From Carpediemonas membranifera BICM (Eukaryota; Protista; Fornicata): a DNA stretch of 64,000 nucleotides. The DNA is taken from the NCBI GenBank assembly GCA_019828565.1, contig JAHDYR010000022.1:154885-218884 (forward strand). Direction: 5' to 3'. Made by a program: the position numbers and the translations under genes. The notes under the pieces were generated by a model. That model ran no database searches. It saw nothing but the letters and a program-made list of their open reading frames with translations, and had not been told where the DNA came from. Below are positions 32,016-43,347 of the stretch, in pieces. The number at the start of each line of letters is the position of its first letter. Position 1 is the stretch's first letter.

Positions 32016-35000
32016 CTACCTCCCTTTTTGATGAGAAAACCCCCAACCTGCAAGGAACGGGGGAAAAAGATGGTTAGTAGAGTTTCAGGTTCTTCCTCGC
32101 CTTACGGGCCAACCTCTTCATCTCCTCGAGGTGTTTCACTCCCGAGAGTGGTTCTTCCGTTATGTTTTCGAATCCTACCCACTTGATGGCGGCTGTCCCT
32201 TCTTTCCAGTCTACCGATACTACTCGCTCTACCTCCCATTTTTTTCTGGTCGAAGCTTGCAAGTTGAAGCATCATCGTGTCCGTTACGGCATCCGTGTCG
32301 AACATCATGAGTTTTTCAATGTGGGTTGATCTGGTCGATCCGTCGAGTATCGACTGCAGGACTATTCTGTTATTATCAAGTACATCGTGTACCTTCCATG
32401 GGCCCCTGTTGCGCGCGTCTAGCTTCTGAGGGGCCTCATCTTTCCAGAGGACGTAGTCACCCGGCTTCAGTTCGGTGTTGACTATTGTCTTTTGGCCCGG
32501 GCCCACACTCTCTCTGGCAGTGGTCTCCAGGGCGTTAAGGGCCAGCTCCAGGTCCTTTTTGAACTCTGGGAAATCTCTGATCGGAGAGTTGTTGTCGTTC
32601 GTCCACCAGCTTGTAAACATGTTGTGCTCATGGCCAAATATCAGCTCGTGCGGGGAGAACTTCGTGGCCGTATGTGTCGTGCCGTTGATAATCATCTGGA
32701 CCGTCGGTAGGAGTCCGCACCACTGGTCTTTGTAGGCTATTGCCAGGACAAGCCACCGTAGGTGTCTTCCAATCTCCGCATTCCTTCTCTCCACGAGACC
32801 ATTGCTCTGTGGATGAAACGGGATGGTGAAGTGGTGTGCGACTTTCAATGACGTTGTGAGTTGTTCAACTATCGAGTTCGCGTACTCCGGGCCGCCGTCG
32901 GACAGAATCTCCGCCGGTATCCCGTGTCGCGTGAAAACGTGGTCCCATAGGGCCCTGGCGGAGGTCTCGGCGTCGATCGATGCGACTGCGACGAGCTCGG
33001 TGTATCTTGTAAACATGTCTACAGCCACAATGATGTAGCGAGCGCCCAGCGAATCCGTTGGGAGAGGGCCAATTGTGTCGACTGCCACTGTCTCCCATGG
33101 TCTGGTGCGTCTTGTCTGGCCCTTTTGGGCGATAAAGTAGTCCTTGATGCGAGTCTTCAGACAAATGGGACACGTCTTGATGTGCTTTTTGACGTCCAAG
33201 AGCATCCCCGGCCAAAATGCAGACGTGGCGAGTGCTTGGAACGTTGAATTTGCTCCCGTATGAAATTGGTGAGCGGTCCGAAGGGCCTTGTCGCGTGTCT
33301 CTCCCTTGGGGATAATCGGCACTCCGTCCTTGAAGTAGATCGAGTTTTCGATGGATACTCCCTCTAGTTTCTCCCAGCCGACTCGAGTTGACTCAGGTGC
33401 CATGGCCTGGGCAGCCTGGATCAACTCAAGGGTCAGCCCTGGGCCGGCGTCCTCCGCCTCTAGCAGGTTCAGCTGCGGCCCGAGGTCCCCTCGGGGAAGG
33501 ATACGCGACAGCATGTCTGCCATCTTGTTTGTCTCTCCAGCAATATGCTCGATCGTAATGTTGTAGTCCGACAAGACAGACGTCCACCTGAGGAGTTTCT
33601 TGGAAAGCTCCTTCCTCTGCATGAGATATACCAGATTCTGGTGGTCGGTGCGGATCTGTATGTTGTCCTTGAGGCGGAAAAGTTGAGCCATGTCAGGTCT
33701 CGTGAGACAAAAGATGATAGCATGAAGCTCTTGTTCGTAGGTCGGCCACCTAGTCTGGGTTGGCGTATGACACTTTGCGAAGAGCGAGACGATCTCTCGG
33801 TTGCCGGAGTCGTCTTCTTGGAACAGAATGCCCCCTAGTCCGTCGTTCGACGCGTCCGTCTCGAGGGTCCACTTCTTTGAGAAGTCGGGGAAATGGAGGA
33901 CTGTGTCTGAGCTGAGTCTCTCCTTGAACGTTGTAAACGCCTCTTCTTGTTTGGGGTTCCAAGTTATGTTCTTTGAGTTCTCCTGTGCCGTTAGCATCTC
34001 GTTGAGAGGTTTGAGGATTCGTGATGAGTCCGGGACGAACTGGGCGACATAGTTGAATGATCCCAGTGTCCTCTGAAGCTCCTTTGCGGTGGACGGGAGC
34101 GGTATGGCGTTTACCGCCTCTACCTTCTCTGGGGCAAGTTGTTTCCCCTTCTCCGAGACAATATACCCGACGGCCTCGACGTGGGCTGAGCCTATCGTGC
34201 ACTTCGGGCCTTTAAGGCGCAGTGAATAATGTCTACAGATCCTGAAGACGGTTTTGATCAGGGTGAGAAACTGGGCCTCGGTCTTGGCGTAAATCAAGAT
34301 GTCGTCAAGATAGATGTCCACCCCTTTGTGGAGGACCTCGGCGAACGCCTTCTGCATGGCGCGTTGGAATCTCGCCGGGGCGTTCATCAGGCCGAATGGA
34401 CATCTGGTGAACTCGCAGTATGCGTCTGGAGTGACAAAAGCGGTTTTGGGGATATCTTCCTCGTGCATCCGCATCTGGTAGTAGCCTTGTCTGAGGTCTA
34501 GGCCTGCAAAGTATTTACAGCCTGATGCTCGGTCTACAAACTCGCGCGTGTTAGGCAGGGGAAGTTATCCCTCACTGTCTTGGAGTTTAACTCCTTGTAG
34601 TCAATGCAAAGACGGATCTTGGTCGATCCTTTGTGGCCCTGCCTGACTACTACGATCGGCGAGCTGTACGGCCCAGTCGAGTCCTGGATTATCCCGTCTC
34701 GCCTGAGTTGTTCTAGCTCTGTCGACACCAGGCCTTGGGTCACTGGGTCGAGTCTGCGAGCGCGGCATTGTACAATTGCCCGCTCGTCTATCAGTTCAAT
34801 CGACATGGGTTCCAGTCGAGACCCTTCCTTGGGTAGTTCTTCCTCGAAGATATCGTCAAATGAGTTGATTATCTCGAGAATCTCGGGTCGGATCTTCGAC
34901 TCCGGGACGTGGACACCACAGTAGTCGTCGGTTATCGCCATGTTTGCGTCCTCCGTGAGATATTCATGGTAGAACGGCAGCCAGTCCTCGTCCTCCTCAA

Positions 35001-36207
35001 TTGAGGAGAGCTTGTGCAGGTTAAGGTTGAGTGTGCCATCGCCAATGAGTGCGAGTGACCTCAGCAAGTCACACCCGATGAGAACCTTGAAGAACTCACC
35101 GGGGAGTACGTAGTACTTCCATGTAACCTCCAACGGTGTGACACCTAGTGCTGGGAATGCTGCCTTAAATGTGACTGCTTGATCTGTCACGAGGGAGCGT
35201 CCGTCTCCTAGCGTGACCTTGATCTTTTCCTCGAGAGAGGTCTGCACTGTGTCCTTGGGTAGGGTACGTAGTGCCTTCGAACTAATGAAGCTTCGGCTTG
35301 CACCAGTGTCTACAACGAACGAGTAAGTTTTGCCTTTTACAGTAGCGGGGGTCGTCAGTGGACCCTTCCCGCCCTTCTCGTTAGTCGACGCGCTGTCGGC
35401 GTTGTTGTTCTCGCTGTAGCGGGGGTGCTTATCGCATCTGAAGTCCATGTGGGGACCGCCACAGAAACGACAGGGGCGCGACGGCTTCTTGGGTCCGTCG
35501 GCCGGCGGGCGCTTGGCCGCGTCCGGGCGGTACTGGGCCTTCCTGGCCTGGGCCGGGGCCTTGGGTCCGCCGGCCGGGGTTTGCGAGAGGGGTTGATCAT
35601 GGTCATACGCCCTAGCAGCCCTAAGAGCCACCGCTACGGTGTCCTCGAAGGTCTTGACGTTGTGGAGAGCAAGCAAGGTCTGTGCCTTCTTGCGGAATGC
35701 TGTCGGGTTCAGGGACTCCCTGAAGAGCCGTGCAGCCAGCTTATCAAAGCTTGCGAGCAGTTCGTCGGCATTGGGGTTGTCGTCGATGGGGTCCAAGAAC
35801 CCTTCTGGGTCTGGCGTCTTGGAGTAGAGCTCGATGCGCTTGCGGAATGCTGCCGCTTGTAGTCTCGTGCCAGCTTCGAAGTTGCGTGCGGTGCTCGGCA
35901 CCATGGGGAAACGAAGGTCTTGGAGCTCTTCGACGAGTGCTAAGATGGAGTGGGGAAGGAGCCGCTGGCGACACCATTCGGTGAAGTTCTTGAGAGTGTA
36001 GTTCTTGTCGGATGTGTCTATGCCTTCGGCCTTGAGTTCGAGGGCAAATGACTCCTCAATGAGGACGGACAGTGGGATGCTTGGGTTTTGTATAGTAAAA
36101 ATCGTTGCTCGGCGCTCAAACTCCTCAAGAGTCTCTAGTGTTAGATTTGAAGGAGAAAGCTCAGGAATTTGAACAGTTAACGACATCAGCACAGCTAATA
36201 CTAGTAT

Positions 36208-36289
36208 TGTCGGTTGAAATCATTTACAGTAAACCGCAGCGGGGTAAAAGTGGTCAAAACTGGACGGAGCAGTTTATAGACCGGTGACA
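36208..36289 (-). repeat. 5' LTR of gypsy A1 (82 bp)
   Basis: Direct repeat of 31934-32015. Confidence 0.96.
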
Positions 36290-36889
36290 GATGCTCTACA
36301 GGGACATCGTCCTCCACCCGAGCTGGACAACCGAGACGATCAAGCTTCAGCTAATGCTCCGTCATGAGCTTCTCCTCATTAAGGACATCAATGGCTTTCA
36401 CTACGCCGACGCAGTCAAGGACTACGTCAGAGCCCGACGTTCCAGGATCCGTGATTCCGAGAGCCTCACCGTCCTCATCGCAGAGGCCCGCTCCAGTGCC
36501 AGAGTCGCCCCCAAGAGCGATAAGCGCCCCAGAAAAAACTAATTGTGCAAGACCATCAATCAACCGAACCACCACTCCCCACAACCCGTCGAGCGGGTTC
36601 TCTCCGCCACTCAGTGGCCGCGTGGCGGCGCTTGGGAGCGCCATCCGACGTGGTCTCTTGGGTTGGCGACGGCATACCCATCGAACTGACACAACAACCG
36701 AGCAATCCTCGAATATTCCATCTCCCAGAGAAGGACTTAGCCAAGCTCGATCCGCTGGTGCGCGAAATGCTCTCATCGGGTGCCATACACCGCGTCTCAT
36801 CACCACCGAAGCTCACATGTCCTCTCTTTCCAGTCCCGAAGGGTACAGACAAATGGAGAGCAGTCCACAACCTCATACCGCTCAACAAG

Positions 36890-36950
36890 TGTGCCGGGGC
36901 GAAGAGATTGGAACATTTACATAAACTGCGGACGTGGATGCCTTATGACA
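36890..36950 (-). repeat. 3' LTR of gypsy B (61 bp)
   Basis: Identical by eye to 41294-41354; contains the pol stop codon. Confidence 0.96.
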
Positions 36951-39900
36951 TCCTACCCCCCTTAAGCTTGAGCTTGTGGGACTTGAGGTAGTCACGTGCC
37001 GCAGTGACGTGGCGGAGCCCGTCAGCGGGTTCCCATGTGGGATCGTAGTCGCCCTCCCAGCAGACGAGGAGCTGCAGTGTGCCGTTGCGGCGACGGTGCT
37101 TCTCGATGCCTTGCACGACGTACGTCTGCTCGTCGGAGGCGGCGAGGTTCTTCAGGCGGCTGAGCCCCGACTTGGTGTTGAAAGGAAGGACCTGGTCTAC
37201 GTGAGCCATGAAGGGGGCGCTCTCGAAAAGGTCGACCAGCTGAAGGGTGTTGTTGTCCTTGATGGCGAGAATCTTGAACGGGCCGGCGAAGCCATGCAGC
37301 TTTGGGGTCTTCGTCCGGTTGAGCAGGACGAGGTCGCCTTCCTTGAAGCTAGTCGGCTGGCGGTCGGCGTTGGCCTTGGCGAGGCGCTTGTCTACAGTCT
37401 CGCGCTGCTTCTCGGCCGCCCTAGAGGTCAACTTGGAGAGGTGGGCTCGAAGTAAAGTGATGTAGGCTGAGGCTGAGGCAAGGGGCGAGTCATTGTCGCT
37501 CGGTCGGAGGATTCTAGCGACTGTGGAGCTGGGGTCGAGTTGGTCTCCATACAGCATGGCGTGGGGTGTGACCCCCAGTGGCGCTGCAGGTGGTTGTGTT
37601 CAGCAGCAGCTGAACTACCGGAAGGAGGTCGCTCCAACGGGAGAACTTGTCGAATTGGAGGATCAAACAGCGAAGATGCTTCATGACCTCCGCGTTACGA
37701 CGCTCTACCAGCCCATTCGACTGAGGGTGGTAGGGGAGGGTGAATTGCTGGGTGATGTCCGCGCTTTCGAGCAGGGCCTTGACGACGTTGCCGGTGAACT
37801 CAGGCCCGTTGTCGGACTTGATGAACAGGGGAGTCCCATGACGGGTAATCACCTGGCGCCAGAGGGCCTCTGACGCTGCATCAGCTGTGTTCTCGTCCGT
37901 CGCGGCCAACTCAGTGTAGCGAGTAAACATATCGACCATAACTGTGATGTATCTGGAGCCGACTGCGTCTGCCGGGATTGGACCAATAGTATCCACTGCG
38001 ACAGTGTGGAACGGTTTGTACACTGCTGTTGTGCGGAGCTCTGCCTCGGCGAAGTTGCGTAGGCGAGCTTTCTGGCACTCGTCACATGAGGCGATGAACT
38101 CCTCGACATCTGCTGTGCAGCCTGTCCAGGTATAGCCGTCTGCTCTCAGGCGTTCGATGGTAGCCTTGGCGCCGTGGTGTCCTCTGTGGGCGATCTGTAT
38201 CAGCTCCTTTCGGAGGGGTCTGCACACGGTTGAAGTAGGGATGACGACGAGGCCGTCCTTGCGGCGAAGACCGTCGCTGTCTACGGTCAGCTTGGAGACG
38301 GTAGAGTCGTCTGTCTGGTGTTTGATGAGTGTGTCATGGTAGCGGGAGTCAGTCGTGATGGCTGCGACAGTGGGCGAGGTCGAGTGACCGCAGCGGCTCA
38401 GCGCGTCTGCGACTGCGTTCTGTAGGCCGGGAACGTGCTCGACATCGAACTTGTAGTCTGCTAATGTCAGTCTCCACCGGTTGATCTTGTCGTTCTCGGA
38501 TGACTTGGCGATCATGTAAATAAGATTACGGTGGTCGGTCCGTAGGAGGAACCTCTTCAGGCGTAGGAGGGGTGACAGGGTCGGGTGTGTAAGGCAAAAA
38601 GACAATGGCAAATAGCTCCTGCTCACACGTGGCCCAGCGCGACTGGGTTGACGTGAATGTGTGAGAGAAGTAGGCGAGGACCTGTGTCTTGTCGTCCTTT
38701 GTCTGCCATAGTACGCCGCCTGCTCCGATGTTGCTAGCGTCTGTCTCGAGCGTCCAGTCGGCGTCGGCGTCCGGATGTGCGATAAAGAGATCGTCAGTGA
38801 ACAGGGTCTTCAGGCCGTCGAAAGCGGCGTCGTGCTCCGCTGTCCATTCCCACAGACGGTCCTTTTGCAGAAGATCGTTGAGAGGTCTCATGTACTCGTG
38901 TCGTGTATGGGGAACGAATGATGCGAGGTACTGGAACTGTCCGAGGACTACGCGAAGCTCGTGGACGTTGGTGGGTGCAGGTAGATCGCGTAGGGCTTGG
39001 GTCCTGGCTGGGTCGACGTGTACTCCGGCCTGGTCGACCGTAAAGCCGACAATCTTGGCGCTGGTGGTGCCGAAGACTCCCTTCTTGGCGCTGAACTGAA
39101 CGCCTGCAGCGTCCGCGCGTGTGAGCAGGTCGCGGAGAATGCGTAGGAAGGAGTCATCGTCACGGGCGTAGATGAATATGTCGTCGATGTAGGGGTTGGC
39201 GCCCTTGTACAACAGTGGGGCGAGCATGCCTTCGATCTCCCGCTGGAAGTGAGAAGGCGCGTTGCAAAGGCCGAACGGCATCCTGAGGAATTCCTCGAAG
39301 ACGCCCGGGGCGGTGAAGGCCGTCTTAGGCACGTCGTCTGGGTGCATGGCCACCTGCCAGTAGCCCGACGTCAGGTCTAGCGTCGCAAAGCGTGTGCAGC
39401 CCGACGCGAGGTTGAGGAGTTCTCGCATGTTGGGGATCAGGTGCCGGTCGGGTACTGTCCAAGAGTTGAGGCGGCCGTAGTCGATACAGAGACGGTAGGC
39501 GTCGCCCTTTGCGACCAGGACGATGGGGCTTGCGTAAGGCCCCTCAGAGGGCTGTGTGATCTCGTCCTGGCGCAGGCGCTCGACGTATGGCAACAGCCAC
39601 TCCAGCTTCTTCGGGTGTAGGTTGCGCGGGCGAAGACGGATCGGAGGGGCGTTGTCGTAAAGCGGGATGCGCATAGGGGCAAACGAGCACGGCTGTTTGC
39701 TTATGACGGGGTCGAATAGGTGATCGAACCGACGGAGGATCGAATGTAGCTCGTCGGTCTGGGCCTTGGTGGAGAGCTCGTGTATCTCACACGCGTCGGT
39801 GTGAAACTCGCTTGAGGAGACGGCCTCGACGGGGGCGTCGAGGTACTTGTGGAGTGGGAGGCCATCGGTGGCGTCCTCCGGGCGTGAATCCGGAAGAAGT

Positions 39901-41293
39901 GGGATGTGGAGGCCACTCTCGGAGAGATAACCGAGCGCGCGAAGCACGTCGCATCCAATGAGCACACGTTCAGTGGCGCGCGTCATGATGTAGAGGATGA
40001 GATCGACGATGACGTTTCCAGATGTGCTGGGCAACGTGATCCGCGCTTGGACGTAGTGAGTGATGAGGATGGGCTCATTGGTAACGGACTGAACAGTAAA
40101 TGGCTTTTCAAGCTCATGTGTGACGAGTTGGAGCGTCTTAACGGAGGTTGTGGAGATGATCGTGATTGCGGAGCCGCTATCGATCAATATCACCTGTTCT
40201 TGGTCATTCACAGCTCCCTTAACTGAGAATGCAGTTGAAGCGGCAACTTCTTCGATAAAGGCATCATCACAAGCATTGTGTGCGACTTCGACTTCGTGGA
40301 CTCCTGGACGAGAGTTGATCAGCTTGGATCTGTCCCGGAGCACCATGTTCCCAGCGCGTCTCTCGTCGGGGCGAGGCTGTGGCTGCTGGGATGACTGTTG
40401 CTGCTGCTTCTGAGCAGCTGGTGCCGGCTGTGGCTGAGCCGGTTTGTTGGCCGCTTGGGGCTGGCGTTGCGGCTGAGGTGCCGGTCTGGCGTCGCGGGCC
40501 GCGGCGGGATCTGGTGTTGGCGTTCTGGCTATGTTTCGGGCCAGTGCTGGAGCTCGTGATGGAGCTCGTGCTGGAGGATGTGATGGATATGTCTTGAATC
40601 ACGCTTCCGAGGACTTCACGGGCGTCAATGGCGTGCAGTATGAGCTCGCGCGTGTGCACAAATAAGCTATCGATGTCCCGGGCGCCAGAGAGGTCCCACT
40701 TTTGCTGAATACGGTTGGCAAGTGAGACCGGGCGAAGGGCGGCGATAAAAGCTTTGGCGATGATCTTATCGAGTCCGCGGGTGGGGCTGGCTTTTCTCGG
40801 GGTGTCCTGCTCACTCGGCGTGCTGTCTGGCTTCTGGGTGATGACCTTGCTGAGGGCGGCCTCGTCTTCATCCACCTCGGCGGGCTCGGGCTCTGGCTTG
40901 GCGCCGAGCTCGGCGTTGAGAAGGGCATGGGCGTGGGAGCGCAGCTCCTCGGTCTCAGCCATGAGACGAGATACGGCCTCGATCGTGGACTTGGTTCGGT
41001 CCTGCGTGAGGGCCCGGATTTCTTGGATGGTTTTCTCAAGGGTTCTCGGGAAAGAAAGAGCGGTGATTTCGGCGAGAAGTTCTGCGTCGTTGAGTGCTTC
41101 GACGTCGACGTTGCGGACAAATCGGACATGACTGACTTGATCCTCGGTGAGGCACTCGTAAGCCGTTATGACGGTTGTGGTAGGAGCATGCTTCTGCGCG
41201 AACGTGAGGGCGCGTTTGAACGCGCGAACGGACTCTCTAGAGAAGTCCGATAGTGATGGCGGAATCCAATTATTCATTTCGGAAAGTGATCAC

Positions 41294-41354
41294 TGTGCCG
41301 GGGCGAAGAGATTGGAACATTTACATAAACTGCGGACGTGGATGCCTTATGACA
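41294..41354 (-). repeat. 5' LTR of gypsy B (61 bp)
   Basis: Direct repeat of 36890-36950. Confidence 0.96.
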
Positions 41355-43347
41355 CAAGGTCTCCAAAGAGCGCCGTACGTTCCGCTTGTTCGGTGCCAAG
41401 AGAGCAGTTTTAAGCCTTGCGCCAGGAGACATGATGATGTCGCTAGATCTCCATGCAGGCTACCACCACGTGTCCATTCACCCATCATCGCAGTCCCTCC
41501 TAGGCTTTATTCACCGCGGCGTCCACTATCAGTTCACAGTCCTCCCATTCGGATGGTCCGCGGCGCCATTCTACTTCCAGAAGATCATGATTACCGTAGC
41601 GAAGATTATCAAGCGCCATTGCCGCGGTGTAGGAGTTGCCGTCTATCTGGACGACCTTCTATTCTTCGGGAAGAAGAAGGCCCTTCTGCGCGAGCGCCAG
41701 CGCCTCCTGGACATCATGAATCAGCTAGGCTTTATCATCAACCACGACAAGTCAGTCCTAGAGCCCACCACAGTCCTGACATACCTCGGCATGCGCATCG
41801 ACTCAGCTGCTCGGGTCATTTCCCTAGACTCGAAGAAGCGCAGCAGATACCGCCAATTGGTCGAGAGTGCGCTGATAGAAGGCAATATGAGCAACAAGAG
41901 GTGGCAATCCCTCATCGGGAAGCTATCCTTCGCATCTCTGTGCTTCCCCGACGGCCGCGCATGGCTGAGACCTCTTCAGACAGCCACCGAGACGGAGAAA
42001 GGCTTTACGAAAGCCGTCCTCATGGCCCTATCGTACTGGAAGCAACTGCTGAGCAGCGAAGATCATCCTCCCCGCTCCTTCGACTCCCTGATCAGCATGT
42101 GGGGCGCAAGCCCGGCAATCGACATCCACATCCAGTCGGACGCCTCAGAAAAGGGCTTAGCTGCCATTATCAGGGACGGCTGCAAGCAGACGATCGTATC
42201 CTCCTCCGTCTCCCCCAACAGCCCGCTCCAGAACGAGTCCATTGCGGTGAAAGAGTTCTTTGCGGCGACGAACGCCGTGGAGACGCTCCTTCCACATCTA
42301 ACGGACAGGGAGATCACCGTATTCATCGACAACAGCAACGCCTGCGCCTGGTTGAACAAGCAGGGATCAACGCGAGCCCCGCCGATGATCCAGGACGCTT
42401 GTCTCACCCTCTTTTCCCGCTTGGCCGCCTGCCAGATCACACTGAGAGCCCAGCACGTCAGCGGGCACCTCAATGTCTCCGCAGATGCTCTGTCGAGATA
42501 CCAGCGACTGGAATGGCGGACACCACGAGGGATCCTCGCTGCCATACTGGAGGAGTGGGGCCCTCTCGAGGTCGACGTGACTGGTGGGAGGGACAAGGAG
42601 TTACTACTTCCCGGCTTCGTCGAGCGTTCGCTCACGCTGGCCGAGAGCGGCATGAGCTCGGAGTGGCGCAGCAAGAGAGTCTTCGCAGCACCACCATACG
42701 CCCTTCTTCCAGCCGTAGCCAACCGACTGGCCCTCATTCGCGCCTCACCAGCCTCACATCCGAGGCATCGAATTCAGCTAAGTCGAAAGACTATGTTCGG
42801 GGATGGACAAAAGGCCAACGGCCTGTCCCAGTAAACTGGTACAGCGCCCCCATCAGCTCAGAAGGAGCGGCCTCAGCTTCCTGTCCGCCAAACTCAAAGG
42901 TGCATTCATGGATCCCCGCCGGGCGCGAGTGGGAGCTCCACGCCCAACACAGAGACACTATAAGAGTACAATGAACAGAGATTTAACAGAGAAAGCAGGG
43001 AAACCCACAGAGAACACCGAGAAGCCGCGACCACTTTTGGTTTTTGGCATGTTCACGGTGAAGGAGGAGTGATCAAGCAGAGGCACAGAGACCAAAGATA
43101 GCCCTCATGTAGGCACTACCTAGAGCGAAGTCAGTCCTAAAATCCAGAGACCACCCAGCGAGAAAATCAGCGTGCATTTTTGGACAGTGCGCCATTTCGC
43201 CGTAACGCAGTTTACGGCCGAACCAGAGAAAAAGAAGAAAACCGAGACCCCTACACAGTTTCAGGAGCCGCACAAGGCCACGCTGACCGATTTTCAGGAC
43301 GATGCATTCGCCAACCTTTTTTCATACGCACAAAAACGGCACAGTGA

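Larger units (their letters stand above)
31934..36289 (-). mobile_element. Ty3/gypsy chromovirus-like element A, copy 1 (4356 bp, full length)
   Basis: 82-bp LTRs, GATG TSD, PPT AAAAAGGGAGGTAG, gag CCHC, VDTGA, YLDD, RNase H, integrase and chromodomain (WEVERVV...KWVGF). Confidence 0.97.
36890..41354 (-). mobile_element. Ty3/gypsy chromovirus-like element B (4465 bp, full length)
   Basis: 61-bp LTRs, CAAG TSD, PPT AAGGGGGGTAGGA, gag 40267-41277, IDSGS protease, YIDD, RNase H, integrase and chromodomain (YVVQGIEKHR...WEG...TWEP). Confidence 0.97.
31600..42775 (+). mobile_element. DIRS-type retrotransposon 2, interrupted by gypsy A1 and B and cut off by a LINE; its YR is not in the window
   Basis: Gag 31751-31933 + 36294-36542 rejoins in frame (EWLQM|LYRD). 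RT 36545-36889 + 41359-42775 rejoins (HNLIPLNK|VSKERRTFRL...LDLHAGY, LPFG, YLDD, SDAS, FAAPPY). Confidence 0.88.

Noticed and set aside
42776-42830. Hammerhead ribozyme at GTCGAAAGAC
   Set aside because: A GAAA-capped hairpin is present but there is no CUGANGA core.
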